64,000 bases of DNA from Lama guanicoe (lineage: Eukaryota): the NCBI GenBank assembly GCA_013239625.1, contig MU054830.1:7522831-7586830 (forward strand), read 5' to 3'. Below the pieces are notes generated by a model, which was not told the origin of the DNA, ran no database searches, and was given only the letters and a program-made list of their open reading frames with translations. The position numbers and the translations under genes are program-made. Shown piece by piece: positions 12,676 to 23,721 of the stretch (positions are counted from its first letter, which is position 1; the number at the start of each line of letters is the position of its first letter).

Positions 12676-13183
12676 TATATTCACCATGTGTTTCTGATAT
12701 TTCAACATGTGGGGCCTTGTGGACCCTGCTCCTTGCAGGGCCAGCCAGTTCCTAGAGACAGTACAGGAGTAGTCTGCAACGTGCCTCTGCTCTGCAAACA
12801 AAGCAGCCCAGAGCCCACACACCCAACTCCCACCTCCTCTCTCAGGCTCTTAGGCTCTGGGCCACTATTCCCCTGTCCTAATCACTCAAGATTAGGGTCA
12901 GGTACCACTCAAGGGTCAGGTACCAGGCAACCAGGGACAGACCCTACACCCCAGACCCCACTGAAACTATTCAGACTGGCCAATCCCAAGCCTACTGTTC
13001 GTTCCTGGGAGAACCCAAATAAAGGCTCTTGCCCACATTTTCCCCTCACTCCCCTCTGCCTCCTGCATGGCAAGGCATGTTCCTCTGTGGGAACTTTGGG
13101 AGCAAACTATCTTTTCAGTGGCAATCGTCTTCTGATTTGTCTCAGCCGTGCCTGAACAATTGTAACATCTACATTTCAAAACA
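12676..13183 (+). mobile_element. MER73/MER74-like ERVL solo LTR nested in an L2
   Basis: Diagnostic segments ggggccttg...gggccagccagttcctagaga, aataaaggctcttgcccac (13018) and caaactatcttttca...aaaaca. Flanked by TATAGGG/TAAAGGG, with L2-like sequence on both sides. Confidence 0.75.
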
Positions 13184-15198
13184 TAAAGGGTGGGAGAGTT
13201 TGGGGTCTAGGAAGGTCTAGAGGATGACATCTACGTGGAATCCTAAAAGAGCAGCAGTGAAGCTGCCAGATGACGTCAGGTGGTGAGGGCAAGAGGGGGA
13301 TTCCAGGCAGAGGAATCAGCATCTGGAAAAGCACACTTGGAAAAGAGTTTAAGTAGTTCATATGTCTGGAGCTACACTAAATGTGCTGGATGAAGAGAAG
13401 ACATGAAGCTGGAGAGGAAATGATGGCCAGATCATAAAGGACTTAACATGCCTTGCTACAGAGTCTGGGCTCAAACTGGGAGAAGCTCCCTCTCTACAAG
13501 GATCATTCCCTTCTGCTGTTGTCAAGGCTCTTTAGGAAGTTTTAGCTTCTTACAAAATGGCGCCCTGTGGCCAAGGTGCTTGACTTCCTTGACAAAAGTC
13601 TGGTGGTGGTGGAGTTTGTGGCTTTGCCACTGCTCTAGGGTCTGATCCTCCCTCGGTCCTGGGTCTCTGTTAATGACCCCTGAATGGGGCAAGTCACATA
13701 CTTAAGGTGGCCTGTAGCAAAGCGTTACCACCTGGGAGCCTCAGTTTCTACATCTTAAAGCCTTCTTAGGTTCCCAATTACACCGAGTGAGAGATTTCCT
13801 GGCCAAACGCAGCAGAAACCTCCCTGACCCTGACTGACAGATACTTGCTCCAGAGCCAAGAAACAGTCTTGAGCTGGCCTCCTGCACTGAAGGAGATGAT
13901 TTTTATTGGTTTCACTCTTCACACAGTGCTGACGGTGTAGTCCTGCAGAAAAGCAAGCTGACGAAAGTAAAGACTGCGTTGCCAGCTCGTGTTTGTCCTT
14001 ATTTCCAAGGACAAACACAAACCCTGTCTCCGGGAGCTGCTGCTCTGCTCCAAGACAAATGAGCTGTTGAAGTGTCATGATTTAAAAATCCTGACAATAT
14101 TCATAAAGGATATTTTACTGATCAACCTCAAGGAATCTGTCATAAATAAGAAATGATTTGTGATTTAAACACTGTTGCCTGTTTCAGCGCTTTGCCTCAG
14201 GGTCCGATGTTCTGATGTGTAAGACAGGCTGTGTTCCCTGAAGGAAAATGGCCCGGAACCCCCAGCACTTCTCTTCCCTATCTCCTCATCTCCTTGAAGT
14301 AGTCTACCAAGAGTATTCAGTCTTATTTCTTTTTTCTTTTTCTTTCCTTCTTTTTGTCACTGTATTCTGATGACCCGTTAATAACCCATCAATAGTGAGG
14401 AAGAGAGGGAAGGCAGGATGTAATCCCTGTTGCCCTTACTTGTTGTCCTTCTTCCCTCTCTGGCCCCTCCCTCCGTCACTCCCTGCTTCTCCTTCACCAT
14501 TTACCGCGTGTACTGCATGCCTGATGTACAGTGACCTCTAACCATCTTGGACAAAAAAAGATTGAAAAAGGTGTTTCTTGGGCTGAAAAGACATCTCCAT
14601 AGTCTTTGGGTAAGCTAATTTTTGTTAAACTATTAAAAAATCATATTTAGTCTGAGTTCCGAAATCTAGGACTTAAAAAAAAAAAAAGCAAAACTATTAA
14701 ACAAAAAGCTAGACTATACCACTCTCAATATACTATTCTCTTGCCGAAGTTCTAGTGAGGCTGGGGGTGGTGGGGAGGTAGGCTGGGGGAATACATACAA
14801 TCTTAAAAGAACTGAAAAATTTCTCCATTAGTGTCTATTCTCATGCCTTAGCCATTTTCTTTACATGTTCATGTTTCCTCCTATAAAGCTCTACAGCCAT
14901 CTTTTTCATGCTTCCTCCGTGTTCTATAAAGTTCTACAGTCTTTAAAAATTTTTTTCTTAAAATTAGAATTGGGTGACTAGGCAATATAAATTTACATGG
15001 TTTAAAATTCAAAACAGTTCAAAAAGGTATACCCAGTGAAGTCTCCCTCTCCCCCTCTTTCCCTCCTGGGGGGCCCCTCAGCTCCCTGCCCTGGAGACAA
15101 GCACTGTCACAGATGGCTTAGCTCAGTGTCAAACATAGGAGAGTCCAAGTGTGAAGCCATGATTGCAACACCCGTGCAGAGCAATGGCAAGAACAAAG

Positions 15199-15763
15199 TG
15201 TGATGGACCCTTACCAGACGGCCCCAACAAGGGTCCTCCTGCCTGGTGTGGTTTAAGCGTTTAGAACCAGACAGAGTTCGGTTCAGAAACAAAGGAAAGC
15301 TTTATTCTGTAACCAGAAAACAGAGAGGTGAGTGCTCCCGCTCTAGAGCCCACGCCCTCCAGGACGGGCTGTGTCCGGCTGCTCGGTGGGGTCCTGGGGG
15401 GCGGGGCGGGGTGGGGGTGGGGTGGGGGTGTGGCTCAGCACAGCGCTCTCACAGGCCAGGCGCACGCGCAGCCGTGCTGGTCGCGCTCCGGATCACAGCG
15501 CCCGCCGCCGCCATCTTGAACTGCAGGGTCCTGTGCAGGGGGGCTTCTGCACAGGGTCCCCGAGCTGAGGTGTCAGCGCAGCCGTTTCCCGGTGGGAGCT
15601 CTGGTCTGAAGGGCCGGGGCCAGGGCCTCTGCCCGCGGCACCGTATGAGCAAGCGAACCTAGCCTAAGCACAAAGGACAAGGAAAAAAAAAGGTTAGACT
15701 TTATTTATTACCCAGATTCTATTTTTATTTCCCGGGTACTGTTGATGGGCTTTGCCGATGACA
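15199..15763 (-). mobile_element. CpG-rich solo LTR, probably a lineage-restricted ERV family
   Basis: Imperfect inverted termini TGTGATGG...CCGATGACA, near-TSD CAAAG/AAAAG, minus-strand AATAAA (tttatt 15301-15306) about 100 bp from the end, length 565 bp. Confidence 0.6.
15396..15518 (-). promoter_or_regulatory. Promoter-like core inside the LTR: GC boxes/G-tract, NRF1-like and YY1 motifs
   Basis: Tandem GGGGCGGGG at 15398-15411, GCGCACGCGCA at 15460-15470, and CAAGATGGCGGC on the minus strand within 15504-15518. CpG density is high here. Confidence 0.5.
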
Positions 15764-18139
15764 AAAAGACCGGAAGTTAGAGGGTCCATTCCGGCCCTGT
15801 CGGGACAGCTCTGACTTCATCTGTGTCTATTTCGCACTGTTTACCTAGAAGTAATAATTTTTCCCTAGCTCTCTCCCTTGGAATGAGAGTCTGTTGAGAT
15901 GCTACGTATGAATGCCTTTTGAAAGATTGCTCCTGTAAGGGAAGAGAAAACCCAGAGCCTAAAGCTAAACCCACCAGGCATGTTTGTCGTGGGAAGGAGT
16001 CGAATCGTCCAGGCTATTGTCCAAGAAAATCTTTCATTTGATTTCAAAGCTTCCAGTGAAGAGACGTGGAGAGGCCATTGGGCCCAACAGAGAAAGATAA
16101 AGGGTGGATTTATTTCCTGTCAGTTTTCAAATCCTTTCTTGAGCCCTCCCATCACCTAGGGGAAGCAGTGCCCTCTCTTAGGTGCAAAACTAAGCAAGGA
16201 ATGCGACTCCTTTTATAGCTGCCTGATCGGCCACCTTTGGGGTCAGCTGAGGCTTATGTCCTCGGGCTGCTTGATTCCTTTCTGATTTGTAGAGTGGTTT
16301 CCAACCGAAAAAAGATCTGGTTGAGGTTACTTTGAAAAAGGTGTGTGCTGGGAAAAAAGATGGACTGCTGTAGGGCTGTTTCTTCAGAATTGATGCCACG
16401 ATCCGGCCTGAGGCAAAGCGTGCCCTTTACTGGAGAGGAGAAGCTGTGCTTCTGGAAGGAATGCAGGCTTGGTGTGCAATTGAACATGCATGTGTGAAGG
16501 GGAACTGGCCTGATAGCCGGGGCTGGAACCCTTGTTTATCCACAGGAGATAGGAAGCAGGGAGGGAGATAAGGCGGCCTTTGACTTGTGTGTGCCTGCAC
16601 CTGGCCCTGGAAAGGCCCCGTCTAGTGCAGATAGCAGCTCGGGGTTGACGGCCCTCTGGGTTGACGGCCCACGGAGTCTTGTGTGGTGCCAAATAGAGAG
16701 CCCTGCAGCTTTGTGGATGAGACCAGGGTCCTCTGGTCAGTGAACTCGTGTCATTTTATCAAAGGAACTCTCATCTTATGCCCTTCATAGACTTTTGTTT
16801 TAAAGACACAGTTATTAATATGCAGGGACAATAACTGATAAACTTGTTTTCAGCATTAATTTTCCTTTGTAAATCAGCCTAAGCCAAGCCCTAGGTTGCA
16901 AGCCTTTACTGCCTCCTGTCTCCCTCTTTCTTCTCCATTCCTCTGTGGCAAGAAAGAAAGTTGACTGTACAGGCGACTAATCTGATGGTGTCTGTGGTGT
17001 CTTGACTTTCTAATGCTGGGAATTGAAGTTTTAATATCTTAGGTTATCTTGGAAGTTATTTATCTTTCACACATTAAGGAAAAATCAGAGACTTTTCAAA
17101 GAGAGTGTTTTGGCGAATTATTTTGGGATGGCTGGGTAGTGACACTGTTTCTGTTCATTCCTCCTTTAGGGGATCTCTGGAGAAGTGTGGGGTCCTCCAC
17201 TGTTTGGAAGACATTTGGTGGCTTTTGGGTCAGTGTTGAATATAAATAAGAGTTCTAAACACTGTGATCTTAGGAGAAATCATAGTGACCAGTGACCCAA
17301 ACAGACTTGGTTAAAAAGTTGCTTAAAATGAGCAGACACCAGAAGCTTTATATAATGGGTTTGGTAATAAATTAAAATAGTCAAAATGCTTCTGCCCAGG
17401 CAGCCATGAGTCTTCAGGAAAAACACAGTAAATGTGTCATTTACACCATTGTCTTCAGTCAATCAAACCCACCATCTGTACGTGAGAGATGGTTTTAGCT
17501 TTTTGACAGCAATGGAACTCAAGGAACCTAGGTCAGGACTTAGCAGCCTAAGAGATTACCTCCTTATTGCCCCGGTTGTTTTCAGTGTCCTTCTACTGTA
17601 GCATCTTTGCTAAAGGGCAGGTGAGGATTGAGAGGCTTAGCCGGGCACCTCCATCTTCCCAGTGGTATTTCAAAAAGATAAGGCCAGTGCAGATTATGGA
17701 GCTGGCTGGGTTTTATAACTGTACCTTGGACAGGTCTAGGAGCCTACCTTGGGTCTTGAGGTTATTCCCTTATATGCCTCTGGATGTATTAGGTCCTTGC
17801 ACCTCTGCTCTCTACTGTCACCAGTCTGTCTCCCTATTGATGGCCAAAGATGTGGCAGGTAACGGCCCTACTACTATAAATTGGGCCAGTTACTAGATTT
17901 CTAAGTTTCTGTTCACCACGATTCTGGACCCAGAAAGATCTCAGAGGTGGTGCAAGTCAGTCGTATATCACATGATTCAGGGTGTTCATCCTTACTCTCT
18001 CAGTGTATTTTGGACCAGGGATCAAGTGGCTAAAATGAGTGTCTATGACAGCTCTTATAAACAGAACAAAAACACCAATAGTAGGAAAAACAATGGTGGG
18101 TAGAAGGCAGAGGTTAACGGGAGGAAATTCGATGAGCTG

Positions 18140-18390
18140 CAATACTGATGATAGTAATTATCGGTATTTACCAAATATTTAATAGGCTGACATTGTGGTA
18201 AGTGCATTTTTTAGAATATTTAATCTTCTTGGCCATTCTGTGGCCTAGAAATTATAGCCATTTCACAGATAAGAAAACTGAAATTCACAGAGACTAAATG
18301 AAGTGAGTGATTTAACGGGGAGTGATGTTAGAGGTGCGATGTGAACCTGCATCTGACTGATGAGATCTGTACCTTCGACTATTACACTCT
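18140..18390 (-). mobile_element. MIR SINE
   Basis: Antisense MIR core ccatttcacagataagaaaactgaaattcacagag. Confidence 0.65.
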
Positions 18391-19564
18391 GCTACCAATA
18401 GCTATTAGCTCTTGTTTCCTATGGACTGTAGGTTTCTCCCAGAGAAGGCCTCTGGCCCACAGTTTTGGTGTTCTCAACACCTAATCATAGTGTCTGGTTG
18501 TATGGAATTAAATCCGCTTCTCAAGAAACTGTAAGGTCTCCATTGACATAGAACTGCATGTTGTCATGTCAAGACAGCTCTGAGAAGATATTCAGAAAAT
18601 TTGTCTGGAGGAAAGAAGGGGAAAATCATGGTCAATGGAAATGTGGGTGAGAACTGTTTCTGCTGGCCATGATGTTTTCATGAGCCTCTTCTCACTGGCC
18701 TTCTAGTGAGAATGAATGGACAAGGACCATCAAGAACCAGAGAAAGATTAAATAAACCCTATGGATTTATTTCAAATGCACTGTCACTTTTACTCTCCAT
18801 GAGAAGGTCCTGTTTTCTTCTTCCTTTCTTCATGCCATAGACCCAACTGAGACCTGGTTGCAAGATTTTTATTATATTTTAAAAATTCAGAACTCCAGGT
18901 CAAGAACTCAAAAATTTAAAATTGAAGAATTGTTTTCCTCTTAGGGTTAGCTACTCTGTTACCTACAGGCTCTAAAAATAATGCTTTGTCTCAGAACCTG
19001 ACTTCTGCTGTTTCTGTTTTACTTTTATCTTATCGCTGGCTCTCCAGCTCAAGCTGTCCACCAGGGGAAGTGAAATGCCAGAGAGGGTGTGTGTACTGCC
19101 CTCACCCTCCTCCAGGCAAGTAAGGCCAAGTGTGCTACAAGAACACTGTTGACTCTGTGTCTCTACAGAGAGAATAGGCCATTCACTCCATGCTCTGTCA
19201 CTCAGTGCATCTGTGACAAGGTGCAGATAAAGGCACCTCACAGCACTCAGAGGGTCTGGGTTGGCCCTGCTCACAGGATGTGGCCAGTCACTGCCAGAGG
19301 TGAGGACAAGGCCTGGGCTCTGTCCAGAAGGCACATAATAGGTTCATTTCAAAGTCTCCCTTTATTCTGTTGATCGAGAAATAAATCCCCCAACTCTGAT
19401 GACAGACAGTGCCCTGTTTTAAGGGCTGGTGGTAGGTCCGTATATTAGATTTCTGATTTGAGCGGTCTTTTGAGAATGCAACATAAACCACTCGTGGTCT
19501 GCTTTCAGATCAGAGGACAAACGCATTGTTGGTGTGGTCTCTGTACTCAGGGAAATGGGATCAT

Positions 19565-19928
19565 TGATGTCAGTCTGTTTGGGTTCCTGTAACGGAATAC
19601 CATCGGCCAGGTAGCTTTATGAACAACAGAAATTTATTTTTCATAGTTGTAGAAGCTGAGAAGTTCAGGGTCAGAGTGCTGGCAGATCCAGTGTCTGGTG
19701 AGAGCCCACTTCCTGGTTCATAGTTGGTTATCTTCTCATGTGTCCTTACATGCAGAAGGGACAAGGGAGCTTCTAGGTGTCTTTTCTAAGGACACTAATT
19801 CCGTTTGTGAGGCTCCACCCTCATGACCTAAGCACCTCCCAAAGGCCCCACGTTCTAATCCCATCACATTAGGGGTTAGGATTTCAACATAGGAATCTGG
19901 GAGGGACACAAACATTCTGTCCATTGCA
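19565..19928 (-). mobile_element. MaLR solo LTR (MLT1A-like)
   Basis: caacagaaatttatt...ggcagatccagtgtctggtgagagccc...ggttaggatttcaacata...gggacacaaacattc...ca. Confidence 0.85.
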
Positions 19929-20177
19929 CTCATATCAATGAAGTACGCAAGACTCATGTTTGTGGACTCATGTTTCCTACCCCACATCTTTCTGAAAGTG
20001 TCCAAAAGGTAAGTAGCCTCTTGGTACTGCCAGTGCTGGTGAGAGGTGCAGAGGCTGAATGAGGCACTGCATGATGTGAGAGGAGAATTACAGCCACGGG
20101 GGAGCTGCAAGGCAGGGAGAGGCTCAGCCCTTGGGTGCTTTGCTGTTATCACCCCGCAGCATTGTCAGCAATGCCTA

Positions 20178-20278
20178 GGGAGGTGGGTAAAGCTCAGGGG
20201 TAGAATACATGCTTAGCTAAACGCACCAGGTCCTGGGTTCAATCCCCAGCACCTCCACTTAAAAAAAGAAAGAAAGAA
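20178..20278 (+). mobile_element. Camelid tRNA-derived SINE (vic-1 type)
   Basis: GGG start, A-box-like aagctcaggggtag, B box ggttcaatccc, A-rich tail, near-TSD aatgccta/aatgacta. Confidence 0.85.
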
Positions 20279-20284
20279 ATGACT

Positions 20285-20385
20285 AATCTCAGACCCCATT
20301 CCAGACCTGCCAAGCCGGGACCTGCATCTTAACAAGATCCCCAAGAGATTTAGATGGACATTAAAATTTTATATGCAGTGTTCCA
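20285..20385. mobile_element. MER5-like hAT-Charlie fragment
   Basis: gaccccattccagacct...tgcatcttaacaagatcccca...acattaaaattt. Confidence 0.55.
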
Positions 20386-20749
20386 AACTCAAGACAAGTT
20401 TCCATTAATACCGCATATGTTGCAACTGTTGTCTACTAGCAGAGAAGACAGATGACTGACGTTATTAACATAGATCTTAAACTTTTGTTATCGAGGTTAA
20501 TTATTAGTTTACTTAAACTAAAATGGCTTACTTTCTCTGAAGTCACTCATTGTGCATCAGTAAATAAGGCTGCTTCTATTTTTCACCCCCTGCATGCTTC
20601 ACAGTTCTCAGAATGAACTAAGGATCAGATCAGTCAGTTCTTTTAGCCACTGATGACTGTAACCAGTTCCGTCTGGTACTTGAATATGATGATGTTCTTC
20701 TTTGGCACCAGTAGCCAGTGTGTAGTCCTCATACTGTGAGAAGATGGTG

Positions 20750-21150
20750 GCTGTTGTGAGCAGCTGTTGGATTTGCCTGCCCAGACACCCGACTCCCCTT
20801 CATTTCATACTAGCGTCTTCCTCATCAGAGGCCTCTAGGTTGGTGAGGCTGTCAGTCAAGGTCCTTTCCCCCTCCAGTGGTGAAACGGGTTAGGGTGTGA
20901 CCAAAGTAGGGCCGGTCAGATATCTTCTGATTGTGAGACTGAAGCATGTTTATTCTATCATAACCACTGAAAGGACCATTGCTGCCTAGATCCCGGTGCG
21001 TCTGGATTGCCATCCTGCCTGAGGCCTGGCTGTTCAACTTTGTTCAATATGTTGCTATTCCATATTCTTACAATATAGTCCATTTTTATTTGCCTAAGAT
21101 AGTGAGAGTTCCTTTCTGTTGATTCAAACCAGAGAACTCTAGCTGAGCAA
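20750..21150 (+). mobile_element. Old MaLR LTR (MLT1J/K/L-like)
   Basis: 3' end resembles MLT1 (ttttatttgcctaagata...tttctgttgattcaaaccagagaactct); subfamily uncertain. Confidence 0.4.
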
Positions 21151-21811
21151 AGGAATCTAAATGTGGTTCATGTTGTGGAAAACCAATTTTATTCTTAATG
21201 AGGAGGGAAGGTATTTACGAATCACCACAGCTTTCCACTTTGTTTCATTGGCTGGGTTGTGTTCTGTAGCCAGGTATAAAGGATTTTAAGGTTGTTCAGA
21301 TTTTATTTATCATTCTTCTTCTGTGCTTTGTTGTAGTTTATTACGTATTTGTATGTCTATGCAAAACTTTATATTGATCAATAATCACCAGGATACAGGT
21401 TGTCGGTACTTTTGTGGCAACTTCAACTTCAACCTCAGTGTGTTTTTTAGTTTTTAAACTTATAACTTTGGTCTTCAGGTACTCTAGTACTTCCTAAGTG
21501 AGGAAAAGGAAGAACACATGTATAATTTATGAATCTATTGTGTGAAAATAATGTTTGTATAGGCCAATCCACTTAAGGACCATCAAAGGATATTACTTAG
21601 TGGACAGATTTTAATTTTATCTATTCATAGGACTGCATAAAAATTCACACACTTGTCTCACAAATATATTTCTTAATTTTATTAGTGAACACAAAGGGCT
21701 GAAGGTGATACAGATTAATCAAATGAATAAATAATACAGCTTTAAAAAAGTCAATTGTATCCAGCTCAGAGGATAACTAACATGTAGTCTTCTTTTTAAA
21801 ATGCCTTTGGA

Positions 21812-22140
21812 TCTAAAAAAAAAAAAGACAAATGAACTTATTTACAAAACCAAAACAGACTTGCAGACATAAAAAACAAACTTATGGTTACCAGGGGGAA
21901 TTGGGAGTTCTAGATTTGCAGATACTGACTGGTACATATAAAATAGATAAACAACTTTAGACTGTATAGCACATGGGACTATATTCAATATCTTGTAGTA
22001 GCTTACAGTGAAAAAGAATATGAAACCAATATATGCATGTTCATGTATGACTGAAGCATTTTGCGGTACACCAGAAATTGACATAGCATTGTAAACTGAC
22101 TATACTTCAGTTAAAAAAAAAAACAAAACCAAAACAAAAT
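21812..22140 (+). mobile_element. 5'-truncated artiodactyl/camelid L1 3' UTR with target-site duplication
   Basis: gacaaatgaacttatttacaaaac...acaccagaaattgac...tgtaaactgactatacttc, then an A-rich tail. TSD TGCCTTTGGA at 21802-21811 and 22141-22150. Confidence 0.9.
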
Positions 22141-22414
22141 TGCCTTTGGAAAAAAATGGAAATGGATCCTGAAACGTTGGTTGATTTAATTGGCGAAACG
22201 TTGTTGATTTAATGCCCTAAAGAAGTAATCAATAATGCTTCAGTCATTTAAAAAATATTGTAGATTAATACTTATTGGGCATGTGTTCATAATAGATAAA
22301 TGAAAAAAGGGTATGTGCCATGTGATTGCATTTTATAATCTGTTATTTATAGTAATGTTACATATACATGAAGGTATTCCAGTTTTTTGTGGTGATTATC
22401 TCTGGGTAGATTTG

Positions 22415-22448
22415 TTTTATTTTATTTTATTTTATTTTATTTTATTTT
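22415..22448. repeat. (TTTTA)n simple repeat
   Basis: Read directly. Confidence 0.85.
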
Positions 22449-22829
22449 CCTTCCAATTATGCATATTTTCTGATTTTTCTATAAAGACATGTTTTTCTTT
22501 TAGAACATGAAAACAGGAAAAGGCTATGTTTAGTTAAAAATAAATTAGACTTGGTGTACTTTGTGTGTAAATATGGGAAGATATGTCAAGGGGAAGTTAT
22601 CTAGACCAAACCTTGTTATACCATGTAGAAATTATATAGAAATATGAATTTTCCCTGAGAATGTAGAAAAAGTCTTATTAGCTTTTATTTTTAGCTAATC
22701 AAATTTAGTGGAACTTAAGAAGATATTTCTGCAACTGTTCTGTTTGATTTTGTAAAAATATCCTGCAACTGGGGATTAAAAAAAGAATAAATTAAACGTG
22801 TTATAAAAGACATTTCTGTTTTCCAGACC

Positions 22830-22985
22830 ATAGCTTCTCAGATTCTAACGTGAATCCCCTGGGGATCTTGTGAAGGTGTCAGATGGGTCTGCCTTGAGCC
22901 TGAAAGTCTGTGTTTCCTCCTCGCTACCAGGTGGAGCCTCATCTTGCTGGCCTGTGGGCCGCGCTGTAAGTGGCAAGTCTCTAGA
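22830..22985. mobile_element. MER5A1-like hAT element
   Basis: cttctcag...gaatcccctgggggatcttgt...gctggcctgtgggccgcgctgtaagtggcaag. Confidence 0.6.
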
Positions 22986-23242
22986 CAGAAGGTGTCATTC
23001 TTAATGACGCTGGAGATCATTCCAAGTCAAGAATAAGTAAACAATGGCTGAGCAAAAGATTTTACAATCCAGGGAAGAAAGCTGGGAGGATTTGAGCTTT
23101 CTGGGTCTGGGACTTTGCTGTTTCATCAGCGTGAAACTGAGGTCAGAGACCTAGGAGCAGTAGTGAGGGTTGAGATGTTGGATCAGAACATATGGAGATG
23201 GGCTGAGGGGGGAGCGTGTGAGGAGGGAGACCATCCTACTGA

Positions 23243-23721
23243 TATTGTCAAACCCGTGCCCATGTTCACCATGCATAAGGAGGCCAGACAAACCAAAACT
23301 TTGGAGTTTGGAGCAGAGAAAGGTTTATTACAGGACCAAACAAGGAGGAAGGGTGGCTCATGCTCAAAAGGCCTGAAGTGCCCAGTGGTTTTTGGGAAAT
23401 AGTTTTTATAGGCAAAATTTGGGGGGTGGGGCCTTCCTCTGGTTGGTTGGTGGTGAGGTAACAGGATGGTGTTCCAGAAATCAGACTTGTTCCAACCAGT
23501 CTGGTGTCCGTGTGCTTATGCTCAGCCTGAAGTTCCCATCTTCCACCTGGGTGGAGACCTTAGTTCCTGCAGAAGAATTGAGAAATACATATAAGCTTGT
23601 TTCGCCCTTTGGAACTCAGGTAAGGCCTAGGAGGCTGAAGCCTTTTACCTACAAACAAGAAATGAGAGACAGGAGGCTTTTGTACCCAGGAGGGCCCCTG
23701 ACAGGGTCCTGCTTGGTTTCA
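23243..23721 (-). mobile_element. Cetartiodactyl ERV1 solo LTR (MER41-like)
   Basis: gaggccagacaaacc...ggagtttggagcagagaaaggtttatt (minus-strand AATAAA)...gggtcctgcttggtttca. Exact 4-bp TSD CTGA at 23239-23242 and 23722-23725. Confidence 0.8.

Noticed and set aside
12224-13155. Overlapping ORFs of 118-155 aa
   Set aside because: They overlap L2 and MER74-like repeats, with no domain or exon structure.
13556-13575. CTCF-like motif (reverse complement GGCCACAGGGCGCCA)
   Set aside because: The core is shorter than the CTCF consensus, so a site cannot be supported.
15246-15662. GC-rich ORFs (138 aa on +; MAAAGAVIRS... on -) suggesting a gene start or processed pseudogene
   Set aside because: They lie inside the LTR. 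GC-richness suppresses stop codons, the ATG belongs to the YY1 motif, and no protein similarity or downstream exons were recognised.
20178-20260. tRNA-like sequence with A and B boxes (also at 34430-34505 and 38505-38580)
   Set aside because: These are SINE heads with A-rich tails and, in two cases, TSDs; there is no intact cloverleaf, so they are not tRNA genes.
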